Of a stretch of 64,000 nucleotides of DNA, positions 1 to 10,766 are shown piece by piece (the stretch's first letter is position 1; the number at the start of each line of letters is the position of its first letter). This DNA comes from Schizochytrium sp. TIO01. Lineage: Eukaryota; Protista; Bigyra: Labyrinthulomycetes. Under the pieces are notes generated by a model. The model ran no database searches and was not told the origin of the DNA. It worked only from the letters and a program-made list of their open reading frames with translations. Both the position numbers and the translations under genes were made by a program. The stretch lies in contig SMSO01000037.1 in assembly GCA_004764695.1 (NCBI GenBank), positions 4,130,747-4,194,746 of the forward strand, written 5' to 3'.

Positions 1-1
1 G

Positions 2-934
2 AACATTAGTCTCGATGGCATTCGAGAAACCGTTCACAATGTGTCAAACAACAACTTCACTGGATCAGTCTTGCACGATGCGCGAGAGGCTATCCAGGAC
101 AATGTAACCCCAGACTATATTCTTGAGCTATGTAAGGACCCTTTCTTCATCACACCCGCTGTTCTATTTTCTGGTCTCTGCACACTCTTCATCTATTATA
201 AGACTGCAGCTACGATTCATCATGAGTTCTATGTAGTGCGGCGGCATGAATCAGCACTATGGAAGATTCAACCTAAGTTTCCTCCAGAAGATATGTGGCG
301 CGAAGAGGTCTATTCTGGCTGTATGAACTCATTCTTCTCTGGTGCTCTTGGAACATCACTCTTTATCTGGCACCAAAATTCTGGTATCTTCAAACTTCAC
401 TATACCACTGGGGTTTATGGCCTTGCGCATTACTTTGTTAGCTGTGTGCTTGTCTACTTTTGGATTGATTTTGTGAGCTACTGGATCCACAGGGCACTGC
501 ATTATAAGAAGATTTACAAATACATTCACAAGTGGCACCATCGTTACAAGCAACCAACTGCGTTTGGGGCTTATGCGATGCACCCTTTGGAATACTTGTC
601 TTATCAAATTGGTGGCATGTTCTATGCTGTAATATTCCCTGTGCATGTAATGGCGTTTCTGACTGTTGCCATCTGGATCGCCTACCACGCTCAAGTAGAC
701 CATTCTGGCGTTGATTTTGACGGCGACCTCCCATGGGTACCTTCTTCGCAATTTCATGACAACCATCACGAATTTTTCCATCTCAACTACGGTTTTACCA
801 TGGTCCTTTGGGACTGGATGTTCGGAACTCTTCGCCAAAGCGACCGCAGGTACGCCGAAGACCTTTTCGAAGGTGAGCAGGATATCGTCCCACCGGTTGA
901 GAGCTGCAAGCAAGCCAAGATCAAACTTACCTGA
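2..934 (+). CDS. Fatty acid hydroxylase/sterol desaturase family (ERG3/SC5D lathosterol oxidase-like), 5'-truncated by the window edge
   Basis: Three histidine boxes HRALH, HKWHH and HDNHH, plus the NYG...WDWMFGT C-terminal motif and hydrophobic TM segments. The frame is open from position 2 (NISLDGIRETVHNV...), so the listed GTG at 41 is not the true start. Confidence 0.88.
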   Translation, partial: NISLDGIRETVHNVSNNNFTGSVLHDAREAIQDNVTPDYILELCKDPFFITPAVLFSGLCTLFIYYKTAATIHHEFYVVRRHESALWKIQPKFPPEDMWREEVYSGCMNSFFSGALGTSLFIWHQNSGIFKLHYTTGVYGLAHYFVSCVLVYFWIDFVSYWIHRALHYKKIYKYIHKWHHRYKQPTAFGAYAMHPLEYLSYQIGGMFYAVIFPVHVMAFLTVAIWIAYHAQVDHSGVDFDGDLPWVPSSQFHDNHHEFFHLNYGFTMVLWDWMFGTLRQSDRRYAEDLFEGEQDIVPPVESCKQAKIKLT

Positions 935-2012
935 TCTATGTTTAACCAAAATTGTATGTTACCTTTTCCTACTTAGGATTTCCCTTGTTTCATACCTATT
1001 TTATTCTGCATTGGGGACTTGTGCCTTTAGTGAATACAGCTCCCCTTCGCTCGTACCAGTCGAATGATAATCAGAAAAGAATAAAGCTTCTACTTGCTTC
1101 ACATTATTCTAACCTGGAAATGAGATATCATGGTAAAGGCACGGTGCAAAATTAATTAAAATCGTCATTCTACCAAAGTGCTAAGAGTATCGATGCGACA
1201 GAGCTTATGGAGGTTCACACTGACTAGCCGTTCAACCCACGCTCTAGAGCTGACTCGCAACTCTCCTTGCTGAAATGTGTCACTCAAGGTCTGCTCCAGC
1301 AAATAACCCAGTCACTCCAATCCACTTTAAATAAGTAGTACTGCTTGCACGCAGTTCTCTCTGTGCCTAAATTTACATCTACATCACCTCTGCAAAAGCG
1401 TCTGCGATCGCCATTTCAATCGTTCTACATGTCGTCTCCGCTGTTCTATTGTTCTAATGAGCAAGCTTTTGCAATATGGAGTACCGCCGGAGAATGTTCC
1501 AGAAGGCAAAAGTTCTCCCGATCTCCCGAGCGCGGACTTTTTTTCTGTCATAGTGCTACGAAGGTAGGTAGTCAGCCCTATTCGCACTCCTTATTCTTCG
1601 TTCTTTGTGCTTCTCTACTGATGAATTTAGGTCCTCGATTCTAAGTGAGTATTGAGACTCAATCGAGCAACACATTTAAGTTCCGCACACACCAAAGCTT
1701 AATCTCTGCGAAGAGCTCGGGCTTAAGAGGAGATCCGACGACACTCTCCGTACTCTTTCGAAGCACGTTTGCTATCGCTGTGTTCTTAAAGTTTCTGATT
1801 TGTTGGGAAAGTAAATTCAGAAACCAAAACCAGAATCGGTGACTTTCACTCATCAACCTTTGGCTTCTTCTCCTACGCTCTTAACATCCTCTTGTTCTCT
1901 ACAAAGACCTGGCAGAGGATTGTTTCGTTTTCTGAAAATAAAAAGCAAGCTCTGGTACAGATCCTAAGAATAACTTTTTGTGTCATCTTAACCATTAACA
2001 AGGAAAGCCACC

Positions 2013-3167
2013 ATGATGAGTGCTTTGTGGAAACGTTTGAGCGGCACTGAAACTGATGGAGTTCAAGTTGCAAATGCTTCAGAACAGGCAAAGGTGGATC
2101 GACTTGTACAAATGGGTTTTGACTCTAGCCCAGCTCTCTTCGCATTGCGTCAGGCGGATGGAAATGTAGACGCTGCTGTATCCGTACTGCTTTCTGGAGC
2201 GGAAAGCAGCGCTCCAACTTCTGCAACATCCCACGCTCAATCCGCAAGAGAGATTCGGGCTGCGGCAGCTGAAGCACGTCAGGCAAGGAACCCATTAAGT
2301 CAAATTCGTAGTGCTATGAACCGTGGACGCACCGGAAGCCAGTTGCAGCAACAGGCCACTCAAAATAATTCTCAAAGACAGCCTCAAGAATCTTCGAGGC
2401 AAGATGCATCCACCCGATCGTTCGAGTCTCGTCTGGAGATCGTTTGTGGAGCCCTCGCTGGATACCCACGTGCAGTAGACCAGCTATTGTACATGATCAA
2501 AACTATTATCAGTAATCCTGGTGTGCGAAGGTATCGTGAGGTCAAAACATCAAACAGACGCTTCGTTGCCACCGTTGGCACTGCTGGAACTACCGGGCAT
2601 GATCTCCTTAAGCTAATTGGCTTTGTACAGACAGGCGATTGGCTCGTTTTACGTGGCGCCGAAGATCCAGCTCGTCTTTGGCTTGCTCAGAGCGCATTAG
2701 AGAATGTACAAAATTCATCCGTCTATGAACTCGCTCGTGAGCGTGAAGCTTTCAACGATGCCATTACAGAATCTATTGCGTGTGCTAGTGCTGAGGAGGC
2801 AGAGCGAAGACAAGAATTTGTTTCTAGTGTTCCAGTAGAGCCTGAAGAGGGTGTTGCAGGTACTACTCGCATTCGAGTATTTTGTGGAGACCATGTCGTT
2901 GAACGTCGTTTTCATTCTGATGATGTTGTTAATGGAATCATCATGTGGCTTGGAGCAGAACGCAGTAGTTTAATCCCAGGAAAACTTGCATCAGGATCAT
3001 GGGAGCTTGTCAACTCTACTTTGTACCCTCCACATGTTATGGAACTTGAAGATCTTTATGACACAACACTTCAGAGCGCAGGACTCTGGCCGGGTGCGGA
3101 ACTTAAGGTGCAACCTGCAGGCACCTTGGAGAGAGAACGCAGGGAAAAAGAGCATGCTGCTGAATAA
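2013..3167 (+). CDS. UBA + VIM + PUB + UBX domain protein (UBXN6/UBXD1-like p97/Cdc48 cofactor)
   Basis: UBA: VDRLVQMGF...ALFALRQADGNVDAAVSVLL. VIM RX5AAX2R: REIRAAAAEAR. PUB: LLYMIKTIISNP...RYREVKTSNRRF...LLKLIGF. UBX: TTRIRVF...VERRFHSDD...TLQSAGLWP. Confidence 0.85.
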   Translation: MMSALWKRLSGTETDGVQVANASEQAKVDRLVQMGFDSSPALFALRQADGNVDAAVSVLLSGAESSAPTSATSHAQSAREIRAAAAEARQARNPLSQIRSAMNRGRTGSQLQQQATQNNSQRQPQESSRQDASTRSFESRLEIVCGALAGYPRAVDQLLYMIKTIISNPGVRRYREVKTSNRRFVATVGTAGTTGHDLLKLIGFVQTGDWLVLRGAEDPARLWLAQSALENVQNSSVYELAREREAFNDAITESIACASAEEAERRQEFVSSVPVEPEEGVAGTTRIRVFCGDHVVERRFHSDDVVNGIIMWLGAERSSLIPGKLASGSWELVNSTLYPPHVMELEDLYDTTLQSAGLWPGAELKVQPAGTLERERREKEHAAE

Positions 3168-3308
3168 TATGTGACTCTAAACGATGTCGGTGCCCCTCTT
3201 TGATACATAGTACATATTTCTTTCTATTTTTACGTCTATCTACTAGTTACATATCACTTGTATCTCTGTTTTTCACAGAAGATACATGTGCTAATATAGA
3301 AATTGTTA

Positions 3309-3331
3309 TTGTTGTTGTTGTTGTTGTTGTT
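3309..3331. repeat. (GTT)n microsatellite
   Basis: Direct inspection. Confidence 0.9.
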
Positions 3332-3516
3332 ACTACTGTAACTGTTACTATTATTGTTTTTGCCTTATGTAATCTTAAATATCACTCCTCCGCATGTGAA
3401 AGTATGCACTTTCAAATGTATATAGTTGGAATGGTTTCCTACTTGCACAATGATGAATATACACTTTGTGAGATCCACTTGAATTAACGTCAAAGTTATA
3501 TGATAACGAACAGTGT

Positions 3517-5397
3517 TTAGGGCATTCCAGCACGTTGACCTAATACACCAATCGGTACTCTGACAGGACGAGCACTTGCCTCTAAGGATTGCTGTCGCTG
3601 ACGTTTTTGTGCTGCTCGGGCAGCACGTTTTGCCGCTTTTCGTCTCGCAAGTTCTGTTTCATCAGTTTCATGTTTCCTTAATTTTCGAAGCGAGCGAAAT
3701 TTGCGAGTATAGGTATCGCTTGTGCGGCAATCCGCTGGGATGCCTATCATTTGCTGATATCTATTTGATAATGGTGCAAGAAACTGGATGCGATTAGCAA
3801 TATGAAATACGTCATGCCTATCATGATGGGGGTGGCCTTTCTTTGTACAGTCGATTGGATCAATTTCTTTTTCCAGACCTTCGCAGCGTGAGTCATCTAC
3901 ATCAACACTTGCCGCACCTGGATCTTCTTCCACAATGAACGGAGGAATGCGCGGAGCCTTGAAAAAGGGGTCAAAGCGAGCAAAAGCAATCCGTTCCATC
4001 CAGCGTAGTCGCTGCAAACGATGACGCTCCTCCTCCCAAACTTTGTTCATTTGATAGGAACGAAGATCCTCTTCCGCCATCTCATTCAGTTCACGGATGC
4101 ATACTATAGCATCTTGTTGCGCAACGCGACGCCGTTCTTCTAATTCAGCCCATAAAGCCTCTTCTTCGGCAAGCTGCAAAGCAAGCTCTCGTTGAGCTTC
4201 TTCTTGAATTTGTAAAGCTTCGGCGGCCTCAGCAGCCTCAATCTGCTCCCAACGCAAACGCGAGTCAAAATCCTCCTCTTCCATTTGCTTGCGGTCAAGT
4301 TCTTGTAGCTCGCGCCAACACAGCCCAGAGGGGTGTTCTTGACGCTGTCGATATTCATCACGCTCTAACATGGCTTGTTCATTAAGCTCACGCTCTGCTG
4401 CAGCCATAAGTAAAGCCCGACGTTCACGAACATAGTATTTTCGCAGGGCTTCATCTTCTGCCCGCATTTGCAAAAGTTCTTCTTTACGTCGCTTCTCCTC
4501 AGCCTCCCGGAAAACCCGTTCGGCCTCAAAACGCTCGAGGTCTTTTTCGTATTCTTCATCACCATTTTCTAGACCTGATCCATTTTGGTACCGTGAGTGT
4601 AAAATAGCATCAACCGCTTGCTGGCGCAGTTCTCCTGCGAACCGAATTTCTCCAAGCACACCAACATCCACAGCATCGTCATCAAGATACTCCTTTTGGT
4701 CAATCAAAAGAACCTCTTTGGCTATCTCACGCATCAGTTTTTTTCGCAATGCGCGAAGCTCCGCATCACGCAGCCGCTGTAATTCTGCTTCTAATTCTGC
4801 TTGGCCTCTTGCCTCAGCCTGGCGCATCAATTCATCATCTTCTTCCAATTCATCCAGATCAAAGTATGCAAACACTTTCTTGCGACGAATGCGTCGAAGA
4901 ACTGCTTCGTCTACAGGGGGCACCTCTAGATCCTCCTCGGGAGTGAAGACACCTCGACCGAGAACTCGACTCGCCTGACCGCGCTCGCGCATTGCTGCAC
5001 GGTAATTAGCAAGCTTGTCTACGCGATTACGAAGATAGGTCATGCGAACTTGCTTGTTGCGTGCATACCACGTCTTGAAATTATTCATCGTAGGATCTTT
5101 AGACGGATCCCCTTGTTCGAAAACGGCACTAGAATTTTCTGCGCTGCTTAATTCTCTAGCGAGATCATCCTTTAGAGTCGAGGTTTGTCGTTCAAGAGGT
5201 TCGAAATGGATACCGCCGCTAATAAATCGTAAGGATGTAGAACGCCGTGCTTGTACCGACGCTCTATGGAAGGCGTATGGCGAAAGACCCAGTCGTTGAA
5301 GGGCGTTGTCGCTCATGTTCATGAGATTCTGCAAGGTTCTGAAGCAATGCCTGAAGTTGGTTGATACCTTGATGACGTGCTGAACTTCTTGCCACAA
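3517..5397 (-). CDS. C-terminal segment of a large Glu/Arg-rich coiled-coil protein (3rd frame segment of locus 3517-8379)
   Basis: 626-codon ORF with non-ATG start that overlaps the next ORF. It carries repeated M..ED motifs and one FxxWY...R..YL motif shared with the middle segment. Confidence 0.7.
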   Translation of the reverse strand: MWQEVQHVIKVSTNFRHCFRTLQNLMNMSDNALQRLGLSPYAFHRASVQARRSTSLRFISGGIHFEPLERQTSTLKDDLARELSSAENSSAVFEQGDPSKDPTMNNFKTWYARNKQVRMTYLRNRVDKLANYRAAMRERGQASRVLGRGVFTPEEDLEVPPVDEAVLRRIRRKKVFAYFDLDELEEDDELMRQAEARGQAELEAELQRLRDAELRALRKKLMREIAKEVLLIDQKEYLDDDAVDVGVLGEIRFAGELRQQAVDAILHSRYQNGSGLENGDEEYEKDLERFEAERVFREAEEKRRKEELLQMRAEDEALRKYYVRERRALLMAAAERELNEQAMLERDEYRQRQEHPSGLCWRELQELDRKQMEEEDFDSRLRWEQIEAAEAAEALQIQEEAQRELALQLAEEEALWAELEERRRVAQQDAIVCIRELNEMAEEDLRSYQMNKVWEEERHRLQRLRWMERIAFARFDPFFKAPRIPPFIVEEDPGAASVDVDDSRCEGLEKEIDPIDCTKKGHPHHDRHDVFHIANRIQFLAPLSNRYQQMIGIPADCRTSDTYTRKFRSLRKLRKHETDETELARRKAAKRAARAAQKRQRQQSLEASARPVRVPIGVLGQRAGMP

Positions 5398-7442
5398 AGC
5401 AGTCCTTTCTCATCCCAAGCACTTGAGGCATCATATTCGATGGTTTTCCCATGTTCATTTATAAAACTAGACCGTCGACGAAGACGACCCGCCCCACTTC
5501 TAGAATCGTCTAGATCTCCTTGTTCTTCAAAGCTTTCTTCAGCACCATTATGAACGAACCGAAGAGCTTCAAGCATTTTTTGCTGAGCAATTTGAAAGGC
5601 GATTTCTAAAGCTTCAATCTGCGCGCGGCCCATATCTCGGATTGATTCTATAGATGCATGTTCAGCAACCTCTGATGCACGTCGGCGAAGTTTCAAAGCG
5701 TCTACAGCTTCACGAAAATTCTGGTCCGATAAAGAAAGCATTGTCAAGCGTTCCTCAAGCCCATTGAGAGATATCGCCTTAAAGCTGTGTCGTACAGACC
5801 GTCTTCGCAGGCTATTGTAAGCACGGTCGTAGTCTTGACTTACTCGGGTCATCCGATCTGACTCACTCTCGTCGCACTTATTTAACAATTCAGCAAAGAG
5901 TTTACGAGCATTCTCAAGATCAGCTCTGGCTAGCTCCACCTCGCGCTTGCGTTTGTTTAAAGCAATCGCAGATTTTCTTCTTTGCTTTGAGTCATAATCG
6001 TCTTCGCTTGCATCTACCTCACTTTCGTTTTCCCAACCTTCAACCTCATTTAGAATAGGTAGATCTATATCTCCAATATCAGATATAATGCTCTTAAAAG
6101 AGGAGTTCTCAACATCCTGGTTCATAGAAGCCTCGCTAAGAATGCTGTCACGGAAGCGACCCATACGTTTATCTGTTACGGTGATAGCCGACATCGTAAG
6201 CCGTCGCTTGAGAAGACCATTCTCTGCCTCGGGTTCATTCAACGCTTGAGTGGTCAACGCACGTACAAACAGTGGTCTGTCCATGATAAAGTCTCCAGCA
6301 GCACATTGAATTTCACGTTGAAGGAAAGTCTCCCGTACAGATGTGTTGCCTGCAAACCACATCAAAAAAATTTCCATTTCTTCTTCAGAAAGGAAATCCT
6401 CCTCCTCTTCTTCTCCTAAAGATTCCTCATCGTTGTCTTCATCTGAGGATGAGGAACCAGAGGAGTCTGTATGGAGAAGGTCATCATTATGCTCGCCAGA
6501 TTCGTGTTCACTATGTAGATGCACTGAAGGCCGAGAGCCTGGTCGAACACGTTTAATACCTTCAGCTTCAGCAATTGAACAAATAACTTGGTCACAAAGA
6601 GCTGCATTTGCTTCCATTAAACGCTCCTCATGACTCATCTTTCCCCACTCAAGGTTTTCACCCCAGGTTTTGCGAAACGTCAACTCCTCAGTAATTGGTA
6701 GTAAGTCAGGTATAAAAGCTTGAACAATAGTCCAACGCAACGGGTAGTTTCCAAGCAAGTCTTGAGTGGCTTGACTTAATAAACCCCGAGTGTGGGCAAA
6801 CCTTACCCATTTCGCCCATTCTGTATCCCAAGCTCTTGAAAGGCGGCCCACCTCCTTTGTAAGTATACTTTGCCTAGCCATGGCTCCATCAGGCCCAAAG
6901 TACCATGCCCGAAAATCTCTCCAGCGCTGTCGCCGTTCGCGGACCTCTGAGACTGAGTCCTCAGGGCTGATTTGATGCACTTGGAATTTCCCTGCTTGTA
7001 AGAGGACATCCTCCAACTGGCAAGCATACAGTATCTCTGCATCAAGAAACACCCGACGCCGTTGCTCATTGGCTTCAGCTAGCCACCATCTTTGCAACCC
7101 TGGCACCCAATTTATTGGTCCTACTTTGGGCAAAGGTGCCTCAAATGGTAGTTTTTCTAGGTCACCAGTACTATCCATCCAGCAAGCTCTATGCGAGCTT
7201 GCTAAGCGGAGCTCAAGTCGCAGAATAGTCGGCGAGGTATTATCATCAAATGGGATAGCTTCAGGTAAAGCCAGCCACGCCATGTGTTCTTTGCGCTCTT
7301 CTGCTTGCTGGAAAGCTCGAAATCCTGCGCGCTCAGAGGCAGCCATGAATCGATCATCAGCGTGCAAATCATAATCATCAAACCAGCTGAGAACCTTCAA
7401 TAAAGTAATTCGTTCAGACTCAAGCTTTGGAGCCGAGGGCAC
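5319..7442 (-). CDS. Middle segment of the large coiled-coil protein (frame-shifted relative to its neighbours)
   Basis: 707-codon ORF with GTG 'start'. The frame stays open upstream to ~7519 (KKKKNDESQDDEEEDDVSRVPSAPK), overlapping the end of ORF 7483-8379. Confidence 0.7.
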   Translation of the reverse strand: MPSAPKLESERITLLKVLSWFDDYDLHADDRFMAASERAGFRAFQQAEERKEHMAWLALPEAIPFDDNTSPTILRLELRLASSHRACWMDSTGDLEKLPFEAPLPKVGPINWVPGLQRWWLAEANEQRRRVFLDAEILYACQLEDVLLQAGKFQVHQISPEDSVSEVRERRQRWRDFRAWYFGPDGAMARQSILTKEVGRLSRAWDTEWAKWVRFAHTRGLLSQATQDLLGNYPLRWTIVQAFIPDLLPITEELTFRKTWGENLEWGKMSHEERLMEANAALCDQVICSIAEAEGIKRVRPGSRPSVHLHSEHESGEHNDDLLHTDSSGSSSSDEDNDEESLGEEEEEDFLSEEEMEIFLMWFAGNTSVRETFLQREIQCAAGDFIMDRPLFVRALTTQALNEPEAENGLLKRRLTMSAITVTDKRMGRFRDSILSEASMNQDVENSSFKSIISDIGDIDLPILNEVEGWENESEVDASEDDYDSKQRRKSAIALNKRKREVELARADLENARKLFAELLNKCDESESDRMTRVSQDYDRAYNSLRRRSVRHSFKAISLNGLEERLTMLSLSDQNFREAVDALKLRRRASEVAEHASIESIRDMGRAQIEALEIAFQIAQQKMLEALRFVHNGAEESFEEQGDLDDSRSGAGRLRRRSSFINEHGKTIEYDASSAWDEKGLLCGKKFSTSSRYQPTSGIASEPCRIS

Positions 7443-7482
7443 CCGTGAGACATCATCTTCCTCTTCGTCGTCCTGTGATTCG

Positions 7483-8379
7483 TCATTCTTTTTCTTTTTT
7501 CTCCCTACGACGATTCCTCAAGCCAAACGAATCATCGCTTCCAGATGAGCGGCTTGATTCATATGCGCTTCGGGGCGTGCATGTCACAGCCATTGCTTTT
7601 TTGTCATTTTCGTCGCGATATGTTTGAGCATCAGCTCGTGGGAGAGTAGCCACAAGCTTTTGTGGCGATCTTGGAGACTTGGGTGATGCTTTTGGTGAAG
7701 GGAGGGCAACCTCAATCACCTCAAACTCGTCTTCTTCGTAAGCTTCCCCTCTGTTAAGTCTTCCCAAGATTCGTCTTAACCTCTCTTGGGCTCGAACGTC
7801 ACCTTCTTCAGCAAGCCTTTTCAAAGCTTCAATAAGAGCTCGATCACTAAAGCCTAGAGGGAGAGCTGAGTTTGACCCATGACCATGTGCACAGTCTGCA
7901 TGAAAAGGGGTTCGCTTTTTCGTGTCGGCCAGTGTTTGTCGTGAATAGACAATGTGTTTCTCATTCTTGAAAGCGACTTGGTCATCAAGATATTTTCTTT
8001 TGGCACGACTTGACTTGCTATTTACTTTATTTCTACGCTCTAATAAGCCTTTGCGAAGAAATGGTCTTCTTCGTCGTTCGTGTGTAGGACTGGCAAGGTC
8101 CCTTGATCGCTGCGCATCTCTTGGGTCTGACTCACCATGTCCAGCAGAAAATCTTGCACGGAGCATATCGGTCAATTCTTCCTCAAGATTTAATTCCGCC
8201 AATGCAGCTTCGATATCTCCCTGGGTGACAATAAAATCGATATTCTCATCCACAGAGATCTTCTCGGCCAGGTTCACATTGTAGTTAGGTAGGCCACGAG
8301 GTGAAGTGCCGCGCACGTCAAGGCTGTCACTTGTTTCCCAGCCACTGTACCCAGCGCTTATCTGACGGCGGTCCGCCAT
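7483..8379 (-). CDS. N-terminal segment of the large coiled-coil protein
   Basis: ATG in a good context (GCCACTATGG). The 298 codons end in an A-rich run (GAG AAA AAA GAA AAA GAA TGA) where the frame switches. Confidence 0.7.
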   Translation of the reverse strand: MADRRQISAGYSGWETSDSLDVRGTSPRGLPNYNVNLAEKISVDENIDFIVTQGDIEAALAELNLEEELTDMLRARFSAGHGESDPRDAQRSRDLASPTHERRRRPFLRKGLLERRNKVNSKSSRAKRKYLDDQVAFKNEKHIVYSRQTLADTKKRTPFHADCAHGHGSNSALPLGFSDRALIEALKRLAEEGDVRAQERLRRILGRLNRGEAYEEDEFEVIEVALPSPKASPKSPRSPQKLVATLPRADAQTYRDENDKKAMAVTCTPRSAYESSRSSGSDDSFGLRNRRREKKEKE

Positions 8380-9316
8380 AGTGGCGTCTGGGCCGTTTCA
8401 ATAGCTTTGCCAAGTACTCTACGGCCTTTGGTGCCGCAGACCAAGCTCAATCGATCACCAATCTTCGCGCAAATGTAATACTCCACGTGCCAAGCAAGGA
8501 CTTCCTTCCTCTTACATGACAATTATATTCTAGTGCACACCCTCGTTCTAGCACTACTCTTGAAGTCCTGATAATCATACGTAGACTGGTACATGTATTG
8601 TTGTCATGAGGCTAAGGATACTAGAAGAGTCATTACATAAAGCCTGCTTTGCGATCCTGTCTCTAGCTCAAGGCCATTAAAGGGTAAAGTGAGCTATGAT
8701 TGGTTTACGTCAAAACCTTTTCATCCGTTGGTCTTCGAGGACAGTCTTCTTAAGTCCCGTTCCTTAACAGAGTGTGTTCTGTTCTGTCTTATTTGGGTCA
8801 CTTATAATTCCTAATTTTGAATAAGGGCCACTTCTCATCCGGTAAAAGCTATGCAATGTAGTAATGCGGGAGTGCCATGCAAAGTCGAGGATGATCTGAG
8901 AGGAAAGCGCGTAACGGAACGAATGTGAATGCGGCCACCGTGACGGGAAAGGAACCTGGAGCTTGATCTTATCTATGAAAGATTTTATGATTAATTAAGT
9001 CAGGGTAAGTAAAGTTTGTCACTCTGTTTAGCGACAGGCCAAAATCAGGCATTTTGGAAAGAGGCCGTTAAGACAGTAACTTAATAAATCTACAACGTCC
9101 TACCTCGAACTGACCCTCGTAGACATAATGGATAGGCAGAGATGGTAGGAGCTGGGTGAAATGGAGTTTGGTCTTTACAAAAAAACTTAAGTCATATATA
9201 TCTCAGAATATTTGGTTTTGTTTTTTTGACTGTACAGAAAACGCCCGAAAGAGAGTGCCAAACCTATACAGCTAGTGTGTTTTGCTACAGCATAATATGA
9301 TATGCATCGTTTTCAC

Positions 9317-9345
9317 TGTTGTTGTTGTTGTTGTTGTTGTTGTTG
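9317..9345. repeat. (TGT)n microsatellite
   Basis: Direct inspection. Confidence 0.9.
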
Positions 9346-10598
9346 AGCGTAAAATAGAAAATGAGATATCTTTATGCTGTACCTCAAGCACCGTGTAAAT
9401 TTATTTGACATACCTGTCAAGATGCGCCCGGGCTATCATGAGGTTTAACAAGCTTGGATTGGAATACACGTTACAACAGGAGTTCTACGTTATCAGATAC
9501 AATATTAGACTGAGGCTTGTAAATTTGCACCTGATTTTTCCATCCAATTGTGACTATAAAGTCAGTTAGACTGCATTCTCACGCAGGAACTCCACTTTCT
9601 ACATAAGAGTATGTTCTGTTGTGCTCTGAGTAACTGGATTTGCTAAGGTCACTTGAATGTATAAAACGCAGCTATAATTGTAGGCATGTGCATCATGTCA
9701 ACAAAGAAGCTCCTCTCCCCCCCATCCGAGCTTTTGAGAGGGGAGCAGTTTCCCCCGAAAAGTTCACAATGTTCCTAAAATGTAATTCAATATTCATGCT
9801 ACAACGGGCCTCCAGAACTAAGTTATAGCTTGGCCTTTTCCAAAACAAAAATCTTAGTAGTACATTTCTAAGATCAACAGGTTCTTTATGTCGTGGTGGT
9901 GCATATTCATGTCTTTTGTTAGTATCCCTGGCACCAATGGCCTAGCGTGTTATTTAGTAAAAACGAATCCAACTTGTCTTCACTATGACAACTGCACGCT
10001 GCATTCAGGCTAAATAGTATCACTTCGTCACCACAAGCGTGCGCGTGAAGAATGAAAAAGCAACACCTTCAACTCTATCTAATGACCAAGTCACCTAGTG
10101 ATTATCCGGCTCTCTTCAAGCTCTATCCCCCCTACTACCGGTCAAAGTATTCATGACCGGGTACTTTTTAACGATTAAAGACCCCTAATGCTAATGTTTC
10201 CGTTCATCCTCGTTTACAATAAAAATAAATAAAATAAATAAAGTAAAATAAAATGAAAATGAAAGACATCAGCTCCGTTCTTCTAATTGTTGTTTCTTAA
10301 AAGCATCAAATCTTCCTCGCTCCAGCATCTTGAGTCCATGTCCCCCAAGTATTCCAGGCGCTTGTTCTCTACGGCCTAACGCCGAGTCTACAGCCCTTCT
10401 CCCTGCTCTATGCATTCATTCTTCTTCCACCGCAAGTGAGCCTGCACGCGCAAGCACGCGAGGGCGCCGAAGCTGGAGCATCCGCGCCAAGTAAAACCTA
10501 TCGAACCATTCGGTCTTTCGATTGTTTCCACAGTCCTTTGTTTCACTTGTCCACTATTCCATACTCCACTTACCAGTACGCTGATCAGCTCCCTATGA

Positions 10599-10628
10599 AC
10601 ATACATACATGCATACATACAAACATAC

Positions 10629-10679
<51 letters not shown>

Positions 10680-10766
10680 CATTGATTCATTCATTCATTC
10701 ATTGATTCATTCATTCATTCATTTATATATATATTTATTGATTGATTCATTCATTCTTACATACAT
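10599..10766. repeat. Compound (CATA)n/(TGAT)n/(TCAT)n microsatellite
   Basis: Direct inspection. Confidence 0.9.

Noticed and set aside
5340-5420. Canonical -1 ribosomal frameshift signal or intron at the second junction of the split gene
   Set aside because: No X XXY YYZ heptamer in the overlap; the GT-AG options are only 17 or 29 nt.
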